A DNA stretch of 64,000 nucleotides from an uncultured Chloroflexia bacterium (GTDB taxonomy: Bacteria > Chloroflexota > UBA5177): the NCBI GenBank assembly GCA_963737125.1, contig CAVTRL010000001.1, forward strand, positions 1,758,355-1,822,354, given 5' to 3'. This document shows, in pieces, positions 31,715-42,716 of this stretch. The first letter of the stretch is position 1; every line of letters begins with the position of its first letter. The translations under genes and the position numbers were made by a program. The notes under the pieces were generated by a model, which was not told the origin of the DNA, did no database searches, and was given only the letters and a program-made list of their open reading frames with translations.

Positions 31715-32901
31715 ATGGAAGAAGTAGTTATTGTCTCGACGGCCCGCACGCCGTTCGGAAAGATGGGCGGCGCTCTCAGCCCATTGAGCGCGATCGATCT
31801 GGGCTCGTGCGTCGATTCGATCCGCGCTGGAACGGGCGCAGGTGCCGTTCGACGAGGTCGACGCAGGTAATCATGGGAACGGTCATCACGGCCGGTCTGG
31901 GTCAGATCCCGGCGCGGCAGGCGGCACTGAAAGCCGGGCTGCCCAAAGAGGTTTCGGCCCTGACGGTCAACAAGGTATGCGCGTCCAGTCTGAAGGCGGT
32001 CAATCTGGCCGCCCAGATGATCCGGGCCGGGGACGCCGACGTGGTGGTGGCGGGAGGCATGGAGAGCATGAGCAATGCTCCGTACCTCTTGCCCGGCGCA
32101 CGTTTCGGATACCGGATGGGCGACGGCGAGCTGGTCGACGCGATGATGCGCGACGGTCTCAACTGTCCTACCGGGTGCGTCCCCATGCACGAGTACGGAA
32201 GCGACGTGGCCGCGGAATTCGAGATCAGCCGGGAGGACCAGGATCGATGGTCGCTGCGCAGCCAGCAGCGGTACGCCGCAGCGCTGGACGCCGGGAAGTT
32301 TTCGGACGAAATCGTGCCAATCTCGGTACCGCAGCGAAAGGGACCGGCACTGCTGGTGGATCGGGACGAACAGCCCCGCCCGGACACGACCTTCGAAGGA
32401 TTGCAGAAGCTCAAGCCGCTCAAGCCGGGGGGCAGTGTGACGGCGGGAAACGCTCCCGGCGTCAACGACGGCGCGGCCGCGCTGGTGGTTATGTCGGGCC
32501 GGAAAGCGGCGGCGCTCGGCGTCACGCCGCTGGCCATTCACCTGGCGCAGGGCGAGGCAAACGACGAGAACCGCTATCTGCATACCGTGCCGGCGGATGC
32601 CATCCTTCGCGCTTTGAAACGGGCGAAGATCGACCTGGATCAGATCGGCCTATTCGAAATAAATGAGGCGTTCGCGGCGGTGACGCTGCGTAGCATGCAA
32701 ATGCTCTCGCTGGACGGCGAGAACGTCAACGTGAACGGCGGAGCAGTGGCGATCGGACATCCGATCGGCGCGTCGGGCGCGCGCATTCTGGGGGCATTGA
32801 TCCTCGAGATGGGCCGCCGCGGCGTGGAGTACGGCGCGGCAGGCATCTGCAGCGGCATGGCGCAGGGTGAGGCGACCGTGGTACGCCTCCCCTTCAGGTA
32901 A
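31715..32901 (+). CDS. acetyl-CoA C-acetyltransferase (thiolase); two frameshifts near 31800-31860
   Basis: MEEVVIVSTARTPFGK.. start; conserved ..VNKVCASSLKAV.. and C-terminal ..NVNGGAVAIGHPIGASGARIL..; N-terminal 45 aa in a different frame from the rest. Confidence 0.8.
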
Positions 32902-32940
32902 AGCGTCCGGGTGGTGTCTTGAGCGGAGCCGAAGCGTATC

Positions 32941-34087
32941 GTGGATATTGAGCTGACCCAGGACGAGACCGACATTCTCGACGTAGTACGGTCGTTCGCA
33001 CGCGAAGAAGTGCTGCCACGCGCAGCGGCGATCGACCGGGACGGTGAGTATCCGGTCGATCTGGTGCGTGCCATGGGGGAACTGGGACTGATGGGCGTGC
33101 CGTTTCCGGAAGAGTACGGCGGCGCAGACCAAAGGTATTTAATGTTTGCGCTGATCGTCGAAGAGCTATGCCGGGCGTGCGCCAGTACCGGCCTGATCAT
33201 GGACGTCAATATCTCGCTGTGCGGCGAGCCCATCTGGCTATTCGGCACCGAAGACCAGAAGCAGAAGTATCTGGGACGGCTGGCGCGCGGAGAGGCGCTG
33301 GGCGCACTGGCGATGACCGAACCGGAGGCAGGCTCGGACGCAGCGTCGATTCGGACGACAGCGGTGAAGGATGGCGATTGCTACGTCCTGAACGGCCGAA
33401 AGATCTTCATCACGAACGGTGAGGTCGCGGACATGTACATCGTGACGGCGGTGACCGACCCCGAGAAGGGAACGCACGGGATCACAGACTTCATCGTCGA
33501 AAAGGCATGGCCGGGTGTCTCATTCACGACTCACTACGAGAAGATGGGCATCCGCGGCGCACCGACCACGGACGTGGTGCTGGAGAACGTCGAGGTGCCG
33601 GTCGAGAACGTGCTGGGCGGCGAGGGAAACGGATTCAAAGTCACGATGGACACGCTCGACGCGGGGCGGATCGGCATCGCGGCGCAGGCGGTCGGTATTG
33701 CGCGCGCGGCGCTGGAGGACGCGACGGAGTACGTCAAGACCCGGCGGCAGTTTGGAAAGTCGATCTGCCGAATTCCAGGGCATGCAGTTCATGCTGGCCG
33801 ACATGGCGACAGCAATTCACGGCGCCAGGCTTTTAACCTTACGGGCGGCCGGTCTGCGCGACGCGAATATCCCGTGCGCGCGGGAATCTTCGATGGCGAA
33901 ACTGTTTGCAGGCGACACGGCGATGAACGTGACGACTGAGGCGGTCCAACTTTTCGGCGGGTACGGCTACATGCAGGAGTATCCAGTGGAGCGCCATATG
34001 CGAGACGCGAAAATCACGCAGATTTACGAGGGTACGCAACAGATCCAGCGAGTGGTGATTGCCCGCCAGGTGTTGAACGCCCGATGA
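32941..34087 (+). CDS. acyl-CoA dehydrogenase (frameshift near 33770)
   Basis: Track ORFs 32941..33939 and 33515..34087 together give a full ACAD (..[32 protein letters not shown]..). Confidence 0.75.
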
Positions 34088-35229
34088 ACTTCACTCTGAC
34101 CGACGATCAGGAAGCTATCCGCGACGCGGTACGCGACTTCGCACAGGGTGAAGTGGCGCCTCGCGCGGCGCAAATCGACCGCGACAATGTCTTTCCGCGC
34201 GATCTGGTGGAGGCGGCGGCGGGGCTCGATCTGCTGGGCATCGTCGTGCCGGAGCAGTACGGCGGGACCGGGCTGGACCATGTCTGCTTCGCGCTCTTCG
34301 TGGAGGAGATCGCGGCCGTCTCGGGCACGCTGGCCGTGATTCTCGACGTGCACACGTCGGTGGGTACCGAACCAATCATTGCTTTCGGAAGTGACGAACA
34401 AAAGCAGCGGTATCTTCCCCGACTGGCGCGCGGGGAGTATCTCGCGGCATTCGCGCTTTCCGAGCCTGAGTCTGGATCGGACGCCGCCAGCCTGACGTCC
34501 AGCGCCACTCTGGTCGACGGCTGTTATCGCTTGAACGGAACGAAGACGTTTATCACCAATGTCGGCGAGGCCGGACTCTACATCGTGATGGCACGCACCG
34601 GCGAGCCGGGAGCTCGCGGCATCTCGGCGTTCATCGTGGAGGCGGACACGCCCGGACTGTCGTTCGGGGCGCCGATGCACAAAATGGGCCTGCGAGGGTC
34701 GTCCACCGGCGAATTAGTGCTGCACAACGTCGAGGTGCCGGTGTCGAACCTGCTGGGCGACGAGGGACAGGGTTTCCGGGTGGCGATGAAGGCTCTGGAC
34801 AGCGGGCGGATCGGGATCAGCGCCCAGGCGGTCGGCCTGGCGCGAGGGGCGCTGGACCTGGCATCGTCGTACGCCACAGGAACGCCAACAGTTCGGCCAG
34901 CCGATTGCGCGCTTTGAGGGCATCCAGTTCATGCTGGCAGACATGGCAACCGCCATCGACGCGTCGCGGCTGATGACGTGGGAGGCAGCGGCACGCTGCG
35001 ACGCGGGGAAGCCCGTTTACGTCGTCGGCGTGCCATGGCAAAGCTGATGTCGACTGATACGGCGATGAAGGTTACGACCGACGCGGTGCAAATCCTGGGC
35101 GGATACGGCTATATCAAAGAGTTTCCGGCCGAGCGGTTCATGCGCGATGCGAAGGCGACCCAGATCTACGAGGGTACCAATCAGATCCAGCGTATCGTCA
35201 TCGCGCGCGACCTGCTGCGCGGTGGATGA
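34084..35229 (+). CDS. acyl-CoA dehydrogenase (frameshifts near 34880 and 35030)
   Basis: Track ORFs 34084..34917 and 34978..35229 plus an intervening third-frame segment (..[16 protein letters not shown]..). Confidence 0.75.
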
Positions 35230-35236
35230 CCCCGGT

Positions 35237-36220
35237 ATGGCGACGCCGAGCACAGATGTGCTGGTCGATGGTTTACGGCGGCGCAACCGGAGAGCTGCCG
35301 GAAGGCTCATCAGCCTGATTGAGGATCAGTCCGCCGAGGTAGAAGCGGTGATGCGGGAGGTGTACCCATACACCGGCAAGGCGTATTTCATCGGCGTCAC
35401 GGGACCGCCGGGCGCCGGAAAGAGCACGGTGGTGGACGAATTGATACGCGTGGTGCGCGAAACGGGTGACGCCATTGCGGTGGTCGCGGTGGATCCGAAC
35501 AGCCCGTTTTCGGGCGGCGCGATTCTGGGGGACCGGATCCGAATGATGCGCCACGCTTCGGATTCCGGTGTGTTCATTCGCAGCATGGGCGCACGCGGGC
35601 ATCTCGGCGGCATCGCCACGGCGACTCTGAACGCCATGTTGATCCTCGATGCCATGGGGAACGATATCGTCCTGGTGGAAACGGTGGGAGTGGGACAGTC
35701 GGAACTGGAGGTGGCGTCGACGGCCGATACCACGATCGTGATTTTGCCGCCGGGCCAGGGGGATGGTGTGCAGGCGATCAAGGCAGGCATCATGGAGATT
35801 GCAGATGTTTACGTCGTAAATAAGGCGGATCATCCCCAGACCAAGCGCACGGTGGCGGAGCTACGCGAACTGCTGAGAACCGCGCCCGTGCAACCGCCAT
35901 GGGTGCCTCCCATCGTGGAAACCATCGGCACACAGAACGCCGGTATTGAAGACCTGTGGGAGGCGATTACCAAGCATCGTGACTACCTGGAGCGAAGCGG
36001 AGAGCTCGAGCAGCGACGGACTGACCGGATCGAGCGCGAGATAGTGGACATCGTGGAAAGGCGTCTGAGATCGGAATTTTTGCTACCACAGCTCCAAACT
36101 GAGGAATTTACCAGCATGGTTCAGCAGGCAGCACGCCGGGAGTTGAGCCCCTACGAGGTGGCGGAACGTCTGTTACCCGCAGACCGACTACCGAGAAAGC
36201 AGGCATCGATTGGACGATAA
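35237..36220 (+). CDS. meaB: MeaB/ArgK-family G-protein chaperone for B12-dependent acyl-CoA mutase
   Basis: P-loop ..[12 protein letters not shown].., ..[10 protein letters not shown].., ..VVNKADH..; start set at MATPSTD within track ORF 35147..36220. Confidence 0.85.
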   Translation: MATPSTDVLVDGLRRRNRRAAGRLISLIEDQSAEVEAVMREVYPYTGKAYFIGVTGPPGAGKSTVVDELIRVVRETGDAIAVVAVDPNSPFSGGAILGDRIRMMRHASDSGVFIRSMGARGHLGGIATATLNAMLILDAMGNDIVLVETVGVGQSELEVASTADTTIVILPPGQGDGVQAIKAGIMEIADVYVVNKADHPQTKRTVAELRELLRTAPVQPPWVPPIVETIGTQNAGIEDLWEAITKHRDYLERSGELEQRRTDRIEREIVDIVERRLRSEFLLPQLQTEEFTSMVQQAARRELSPYEVAERLLPADRLPRKQASIGR

Positions 36221-37863
36221 CGCAGGTCTCGAGGCCGAGTTCCAGGCATGGCGCGAGCATCGGTACGGGAAGGATCGCGCCGTTTCATTCACGACTCTTT
36301 CCGATCACGGCATCAAGCCGCTGTATTCGCCGCTCGACACGCCGCCCGCGAGCTTTGAGGCCAAGGTCGGCTGGCCTGCCCAGTACCCGTATACGCGTGG
36401 CATCTACGGAAATATGTATCGCGGCCGTCTCTGGACCATGCGTCAGTTTGCCGGGTTCGGCACAGCTCGGGATACAAACGAGCGGTTTCACTACTTGCTT
36501 GAGCACGGCATGACCGGCCTCTCGGTGGCCTTCGATAATCCCACTCTGATGGGAATCGACTCGGACGATCCGCGCGCGCTGGGAGAGGTGGGACGGACCG
36601 GCGTCGCGATGGATTCGCTGGCCGACATGGAAGTGCTGTTCGAAGGGATTCCACTGGATCGGGTCAGCACCTCGATGACCATCAACGCTCCGGCCGCTGT
36701 TCTGCTGGCAATGTACGTCGCCGTAGGGGAGAAACAGGGCGTTCCGAGCGTTCAACTCACGGGGACGCTACAGAACGACATTTTGAAGGAGTACATCGCC
36801 CAGAAGGAATGGATTTATCCCCCGGCAGCGGGCGTCAAACTGATCGTCGATACGGTTGAATTTGCGATGGAGCACATGCCAAAGTACAACCCGATCAGCA
36901 TCAGCGGCTATCACATTCGCGAAGCGGGCGCGACTGCCGTACAGGAACTGGCTTTCACGATTGCCGACGGCGTGACCTACGTAGAAGCATGCATTGCGAG
37001 GGGCCTGGAGGTGGATGCTTTCGCACCGCGACTCTCGTTCTTCTGGAACTCGCACATCGATTTCTTCGAGGAAATTGCGAAGTTTCGCGCGGCGCGACGC
37101 ATGTGGGCGTCGATCATGCGGGATACGTTCGGAGCGAGGGATCCGAAATCGTGGCTGATGCGTTTCCACACGCAGACGGCGGGAGTGTCGCTCACGGCCC
37201 AGCAGCCCGAGAACAACATCGTGCGGACCGCTCTGGAGGCGATGGCGGCGGTGCTGGGCGGCACGCAGTCGCTCCACACCAACTCGATGGACGAGGTGCT
37301 TGCTTTACCGACCGAGAAGGCGGTTGAAATTGCGCTCCGGACGCAGCAGATCATCGCCCACGAGACCGGCGTGGTGAACACGGTGGACCCACTCGGCGGA
37401 TCGTACTTCGTGGAGGCGCTGACAGACGAATGGAGGCCGGCGCACGCCAATACTTCGCGACGGATCGAGGAGTTGGGCGGCGTGCTGGCAGGGATCGAGG
37501 CCGGATTCTTCCAGCGAGAGATCGGCGAGTCGGCGTTCCACTATCAGCGGCAACTGGAACGCGGCGAGAAGGTGATGGTGGGAGTCAATCAATTCGTGAC
37601 GGACGCGCCGATCGATATTCCCGATACTCAGTATCGATCCCGAGGTGGAACGATCGCAGGTGGCGCGCGTGCTGGAACTCAAAAAAGCCCGGACGGAAAA
37701 CCGCGTACACGACGCGCTGGCGCGGGTAAAACTGGCCGCGGCGGACGGCCGGAACGTCATGCCATCGCTGCTGGCGGCCGTACGCGAGTACGCGACCATT
37801 GGAGAAATGTCGGAAGCAATGAAGGTTGAGTTCGGAAGTTATCGAGAGCCCGCTCTGGTGTAA
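36210..37863 (+). CDS. B12-dependent acyl-CoA mutase, large (substrate-binding) subunit; ICM-like signature; frameshift near 37625
   Basis: ..[18 protein letters not shown].. and ..[16 protein letters not shown].. plus ..[14 protein letters not shown]..; C-terminal 72 aa in a second frame (track ORF 37645..37863). Confidence 0.8.
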
Positions 37864-37904
37864 GCTGCCACGGTGGGCCGCTGGCAAAGTAGGAGTGTGA
37901 AGTC

Positions 37905-38324
37905 GTGGCGGAAGGAAAGATTCGCGTCCTGATGGCAAAAGCGGGGCTGGACGGACACGACCGCGGGGTAAAAGTCGTGTCCCGCGCGCTGCGAGACGCC
38001 GGCATCGAAGTTATTTACACGGGTCTCCATCAGACTCCGGAGGGTGTGGTAAGCGCAGCAGTGCAGGAAGACGTGGACGCAATCGGATTGAGCCTGCTGT
38101 CCGGGGCGCACATGACCCTATTTCCGCGAATTCTGAGCCTCCTGCGAGAAGAGGATGCGGGCGATATCCTGGTGTTCGGCGGAGGAACGATTCCTCAGGG
38201 TGACGTGGCGAGTCTAAAGGCGATGGGCGTGGCGGAGGTCTTCACGCCCGGTGCCTCGACAGTCGATATCGTGGAGTGGGTCCGGACGAACGTGACGAAG
38301 AAGAGCCTGAGCGGGCAGACCTGA
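37905..38324 (+). CDS. acyl-CoA mutase small subunit (B12-binding domain)
   Basis: 139 aa; ..[15 protein letters not shown].. cobalamin-binding DxHxxG motif. Confidence 0.85.
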   Translation: MAEGKIRVLMAKAGLDGHDRGVKVVSRALRDAGIEVIYTGLHQTPEGVVSAAVQEDVDAIGLSLLSGAHMTLFPRILSLLREEDAGDILVFGGGTIPQGDVASLKAMGVAEVFTPGASTVDIVEWVRTNVTKKSLSGQT

Positions 38325-38330
38325 CGGGGT

Positions 38331-38654
38331 CTACAGCTTACTCAGTGCAAGCACCAGCAGCACCAGCGGCAGCGATAGAAACGACCCTACGATGGTGGTT
38401 GCCATTGGTGCCACCGACAACGCGCGCCACTGCGAAATTTCGACAGCGGTGTGCGAGGGAGCTCGCAGCATGGCACGCGTACCGACTATCGCCGCGCCCA
38501 GCAGGACACAATAGAAGACGCCGAGGAGTGCAGTCTGCGCGACCGAGAATGCCAGGAACCGGCTGAAGAGGAAGCCCTCCGCGAACCAGATGAGAACCGA
38601 CGCGCCGATATAGATAGAGGTTCGAATCATTTTATTTTGGTCCGCCAGCATAAT
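38331..38654 (-). CDS. hypothetical membrane protein
   Basis: Hydrophobic track ORF 38331..38735; upstream part overlaps the tRNA-Leu gene, so the start is set at the internal Met. Confidence 0.3.
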   Translation of the reverse strand: MMLADQNKMIRTSIYIGASVLIWFAEGFLFSRFLAFSVAQTALLGVFYCVLLGAAIVGTRAMLRAPSHTAVEISQWRALSVAPMATTIVGSFLSLPLVLLVLALSKL

Positions 38655-38705
38655 GACGGCGCCCCGCCGACTTTTCGACAGGGCGCCGTAGGGTTTCGAG
38701 ATGAT

Positions 38706-38793
38706 TGGTGCGCCCGACTGGACTCGAACCAGCACTCCCTTAACGGGAACTAGGCCCTCAACCTAGCGCGTCTACCTGTTCCGCCACGGGCGC
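38706..38793 (-). tRNA. tRNA-Leu (anticodon GAG)
   Basis: Reverse complement folds as a class II tRNA: acceptor GCGCCCG/CGGGCGC, anticodon stem CTAGG/CCTAG with loop TTGAGGG, long variable arm (tcccgttaaggga), T-loop TTCGAGT, encoded CCA. Confidence 0.8.
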
Positions 38794-38891
38794 GACAATC
38801 TAAAGTATAGAAATGGCTTTCCGGCACTGTCAACGCGCCGTCTTCGTGGCTGTGCAGGCGCACGACGCACACTCAATTCAGGGGCAGGGCA

Positions 38892-39435
38892 ATGGCACGG
38901 GTAACGACCGGTACGGGAGACGAAGGCTGGACCGATCTGCTCGGCTCGGAACGCGTGCCCAAGTACCATCCCCGTCCGGAAACGTTCGGAACGGTCGACG
39001 AGGCGACGTCCGCGCTGGGGCTAGCCCGGGCGCATCTCGAACGATGCGGCGCTCAAAGATCAGATTTACCGGCTCCAGCAGGATCTATACGTGCTGATGG
39101 CGGAGCTCGCGACGCCTGCCGAGAACTACGCCAAAGTCGACTTCAAAATTCGATCGGAACACGTGGAGCGCCTCGAAAAGGAAAGCGAAGTGCTCAAAGC
39201 GGAAGTCGAAATCGGAAAGGTATTCGTGGTGCCGGGGGCGACGGTGGCGGGAGCCGCGCTGGACGTGGCACGCACGGTGGTTCGCCGCGCTGAGCGCCAG
39301 GTGGCCCGGCTTTATCACGAAGGCGACATAACGAACGCATTCGCGCTGCGCTATCTGAACCGACTGTCGGATCTGTTATTCATCATGGCGAGGTACGAGG
39401 AAGCTACGACCAGGGAGCCGCCGGACGACAACTAG
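38892..39435 (+). CDS. PduO-type ATP:cob(I)alamin adenosyltransferase (frameshift near 39050)
   Basis: MARVTTGTGDEGWTDLLGSERVPK.. N-terminus and ..DLYVLMAELATP.. C-terminal half in two frames; stop codon TAG (39433-39435) abuts the inverted repeat. Confidence 0.7.
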
Positions 39436-39451
39436 TGGGTCACTTGTGTTG
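39432..39451. repeat. left terminal inverted repeat (with flanking C-TA)
   Basis: ctagtgggtcacttgtgttg, perfect reverse complement of 45449-45468. Confidence 0.8.
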
Positions 39452-39543
39452 GTCAAAGCCACTGGTTCGTGCTGCTCGTCGTCTCCGGGGTGACCCCTTC
39501 AAGGCGCCACGAGGGAATGGCTCTGGCCGACCCCCTTGACCCA

Positions 39544-40002
39544 CTAAGAGCGACTCGTGGTCAGCGGAAGCCCAAGCAGGAGAATAGCCCGTGCAACCAG
39601 CACCCCTGCTCCCACCGCCACGAGCGCCATGAGGCCATGCAGCACCTCCTCCAGCACCACGGGACCCGGCGAAGTATTAGTGTAAAAACTCTGAAAGCCA
39701 ATGGCGACGAGGCTGAGAAAGAGGACGACTTCACCAGCGAGAGCCAGGGCAGCATACTGTAGGGATTGAAGAGCGCCGCGGTGGTACCTCTGCGGCCGAA
39801 GGAACGCCAGCCAGATGATGCCTCGCTCGGAGGCAACGACAAGAAGACTGAGGGCCACGATGCCGACGATCACCGCCACTCCACATTGAAAAGTCCCCAG
39901 CCCGACACTAATTGGGAGGCCGCTCGGACGGTGAAGGAAGGGTGTGCTGGTGGCTATCCCAGCCAGAACCGCAAGGCCGCCAAGGACGCAGAACGTTTTC
40001 AC
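39544..40002 (-). CDS. hypothetical polytopic membrane protein (family A, copy 1)
   Basis: 152 aa, about 4 TM helices; N-terminal 60 aa clearly paralogous to ORF 42717..43436 (..LAVLAGI(A/G)(T/A)STPFL(H/Q)RP..GTFQ..). Confidence 0.5.
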   Translation of the reverse strand: MKTFCVLGGLAVLAGIATSTPFLHRPSGLPISVGLGTFQCGVAVIVGIVALSLLVVASERGIIWLAFLRPQRYHRGALQSLQYAALALAGEVVLFLSLVAIGFQSFYTNTSPGPVVLEEVLHGLMALVAVGAGVLVARAILLLGLPLTTSRS

Positions 40003-40020
40003 AGCATGTCCGCCTTCAGG

Positions 40021-40548
40021 TCACGGCAGTTGCACGGTACCCCGAAATGTCACCGTTACGGGTCCAGGTGGAGCGTGCTGCCCGTGCACGAATTGCTCCG
40101 TGTACGTTCCGCGCCCACGAGCATGTGCGAACCGCCCCGTGCCCCCGGTAATCGTGAACGTCCCAACCTGGGCAGGTGTACCTGGAGGGACTGGACGGAA
40201 GCAGGCAGAGAACGTGGAGCGGTACGTCAGGCTGTTACCTCCGGCGCCACGAAGCCGCCCCGGTCCTTTCATCGGAATACAGCCGCTCGGATTGGGAACG
40301 CCGACGCTGTGGGAGCGGAGAGTGCTGCGACCGAGGATGGTTGCCGTTCCGCTCGCAACAACCGCCTCCCGCAACTGGTGCGCGTCCGGAAGGTGAGACA
40401 TCCCGTGATAGGTGGCACGAAAGGCTATACGACCGAACAGGCCGCTGGCATGGGTACCAGGAACGGGTGATGAGAGTGCCGCGCACGCTGCAGCAGCAAC
40501 AGCCAACCATGAGAATCGTTGCATCATGTCATCGGACCTCCCTTTCAC
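40021..40548 (-). CDS. hypothetical secreted protein
   Basis: 175 aa; predicted signal peptide (..MMQRFSWLAVAAAACAALSSP..), Gly/Thr-rich beta-like remainder. Confidence 0.45.
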   Translation of the reverse strand: MKGRSDDMMQRFSWLAVAAAACAALSSPVPGTHASGLFGRIAFRATYHGMSHLPDAHQLREAVVASGTATILGRSTLRSHSVGVPNPSGCIPMKGPGRLRGAGGNSLTYRSTFSACFRPVPPGTPAQVGTFTITGGTGRFAHARGRGTYTEQFVHGQHAPPGPVTVTFRGTVQLP

Positions 40549-41987
40549 CGTACCCCGTCAATTCGGACGCTGAAGTCGGCGCAGTGTGCCGAAACGATGT
40601 CTACGCGCAGCCTGCCTTTGATCCGCACCGTGGTATAAAACTCCCCCGGTCCCGGCATCAGACCGCGAACAGGAACTGCCACGCGCTTCGCGGCCGCGGT
40701 CTGCACGGCGATGCGCACGCCGGTCACACCGGGACACGGAGGTGCATCGGGATACACGCCCGCCGTTACCTGCCACGGTCCGGTCGCGGTAAACCACGGG
40801 GAATACGTATGGAGCTGCGGTCTGGCGTTGTACGTGCCGGAGAAGAAGATCGCCGGGACCACGTCATGCCACGTCTTGCCGCTGTCGCTGCTGCGCACCA
40901 ACCGGCGCAATCTGCCTGCGGCGTAGCAGGTAGAGGCGCTGGGGCACGCGATGGCAGTAAGGGGAGACGCGCCCGGGAGGTTCACCACCCTCCAGCTCTT
41001 CCCTCCATCGGTCGTCCTGGCGGTGGTTCCTGCCCTGCCCAGGGCAATGCAGGTGGTCGGCGTGGGACAGGAAAGGGCACCCATGCCCGGGGTCAGCACG
41101 TGGTTGGCTCCTGGACCCGGTCCTCCAGCCACGGCGCCGAGTCCGGGGATCAAGTGGCGCTTCCAGGTGCGGAACCCGTCCTGGGTGGTAACGGCCACTG
41201 CGTGGTACACGCCGCCATGGTAGTAGCTCGCCCCGGCGAAACAGATGCGCTGCGTTGGACAGGCGATCGCGTGGAACTCGTAGCACGCTAAGGGGGAACA
41301 CGCCGCTCCGCCAACATGGCTGATGAGCCACCGTTTCGCGCCGCCCGTGCTCCGTCCAATTACGTTGTAGCCACCCGCGTAACAGACCGTGGCGCTGGGG
41401 CAGGAGAGCGGCACTGATACACCGCCGCCAAAATCACGCGTCAGCGCTCCCGTGCTCCTCCAGCTCCTGCCGCCATCCATGGTCCGGATGACTTCGTCCC
41501 CCGAGGGGGGCCGAAAGAGCTGAACCGAGCAAGTAGACCCATTTACGCAGGCAAGTCCGGGGAGAGCGCATCCTAGCGGGTGAGATCGTTCCGCCCAGGT
41601 GCGGCCGCCATTAGTGGTGTTCAGCACAGGAAGCGGAGAGGAGCCATTGAGGCAGCCTTCGGTGAGGGCAAAGCAGGCACTGATAGCGGGACAGGTGATC
41701 GTGGCAAGGGAACTCGGCGACCGGCTGGGCTGTGCCTGCCAGGTGGCCCCCGCGTCATGCGTACTGAGGATCGAGCCCTGACTTCCGACGACATAGCACA
41801 CGCGCACGCTGGGACACGAGATGTCTCGGAGCGTTTCCTCCGCCGTTCCCGAGGGTAGGGCGGATTGCTCAGTCGCGGGAGACGCAGCCCGCGTTGTGAA
41901 ATCAGGACTGCCGGCTCCTGCTGCGGTGAGCACGAGAGCGAGCAGGAAGGGCACGAGTACGGAATGATGCTGCCGTATATGTGTCAC
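40545..41987 (-). CDS. secreted Asp-box (BNR)-repeat beta-propeller protein with repeated CPxxxxC motifs
   Basis: About 7 repeats each with C-P-x-x-x-x-C-(Y/F)-x-x-G followed by an Asp-box-like [ST]xDxGx[ST]W (e.g. TTDGGKSWR, SSDSGKTWH); signal-peptide-like start at a GTG (..VTHIRQHHSVLVPFLLALVLTAAGAGS..). The 5' part of track ORF 40545..42509 is rejected. Confidence 0.55.
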   Translation of the reverse strand: MTHIRQHHSVLVPFLLALVLTAAGAGSPDFTTRAASPATEQSALPSGTAEETLRDISCPSVRVCYVVGSQGSILSTHDAGATWQAQPSRSPSSLATITCPAISACFALTEGCLNGSSPLPVLNTTNGGRTWAERSHPLGCALPGLACVNGSTCSVQLFRPPSGDEVIRTMDGGRSWRSTGALTRDFGGGVSVPLSCPSATVCYAGGYNVIGRSTGGAKRWLISHVGGAACSPLACYEFHAIACPTQRICFAGASYYHGGVYHAVAVTTQDGFRTWKRHLIPGLGAVAGGPGPGANHVLTPGMGALSCPTPTTCIALGRAGTTARTTDGGKSWRVVNLPGASPLTAIACPSASTCYAAGRLRRLVRSSDSGKTWHDVVPAIFFSGTYNARPQLHTYSPWFTATGPWQVTAGVYPDAPPCPGVTGVRIAVQTAAAKRVAVPVRGLMPGPGEFYTTVRIKGRLRVDIVSAHCADFSVRIDGVR

Positions 41988-41989
41988 GG

Positions 41990-42490
41990 CTATGCCGCTC
42001 GACGAGCCAGGAATAGTAGCGCGACGGGGCCCAGGATAATTCCTATGACTGCGGCGATGAGGAAGCCGAAGGCGGCCGCAGTGAGAAACGCGTATCCGGC
42101 CGTTGGGCCGGCCGTGCAGCTCGCTTTCTCGAAGCAGGGATTGGCGTAGCCGGCGGACAGTGCGGCTACGACCAGATCGACAAAGGCAAGGATACCGCCA
42201 AGGGCATAGATGATCGTAGCCTGACCGTAGATGCCGTCTCGCGCGCGAGCAGCTGAGAAGAGCAGCGCACCGCACGGTAGCAGCGCGAAGGCGAGGCTGG
42301 TGAGGAACACAGATCCGCCATATCGCTGCGCAATTGAACCGGAGAGGAGCGCGAGGGCCGAGAGGATGGCACAGAGTGGGCCGGCCAGCACGACCGCCCA
42401 CGCCACGTGTCTGCCCGCGGACATGCCCGGCTCGTCCCCTCGTATCGTCAGTTGCTGTTTCCTGTGCCGTGTTGCAGCGGTCGGTTCCAT
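41990..42490 (-). CDS. hypothetical polytopic membrane protein (family B, copy 1)
   Basis: 166 aa; shares (F/Y)ANPC(F/W)..(A/P)SCT(A/G)G loop motif and TM layout with ORF 43438..43935. Confidence 0.5.
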   Translation of the reverse strand: MEPTAATRHRKQQLTIRGDEPGMSAGRHVAWAVVLAGPLCAILSALALLSGSIAQRYGGSVFLTSLAFALLPCGALLFSAARARDGIYGQATIIYALGGILAFVDLVVAALSAGYANPCFEKASCTAGPTAGYAFLTAAAFGFLIAAVIGIILGPVALLFLARRAA

Positions 42491-42716
42491 GAGTCCCTCC
42501 TTGCAGCACTCACTCTATGCCTGTCCTGCACAGAACGCGTGAGGATGACTACCGATGGTCTCTTGGGGAGAATCACGTAGGTGGACAGCCGGGTACCGCG
42601 ACCGAGGGGACAGCGCAGATATGTTTGCTCGGACGATTCCGTATACCTGGCCGATCTAGGCCCACCGAAAAGGTAGCGCATCACCGTCTCAATCATCGAC
42701 CGTTTGTGCTCCAGAG

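Noticed and set aside
41988-42509. 5' extension of track ORF 40545..42509
   Set aside because: Arg-rich junk overlapping the family-B membrane-protein gene; the beta-propeller protein starts at a signal-peptide-like N-terminus near 41987.
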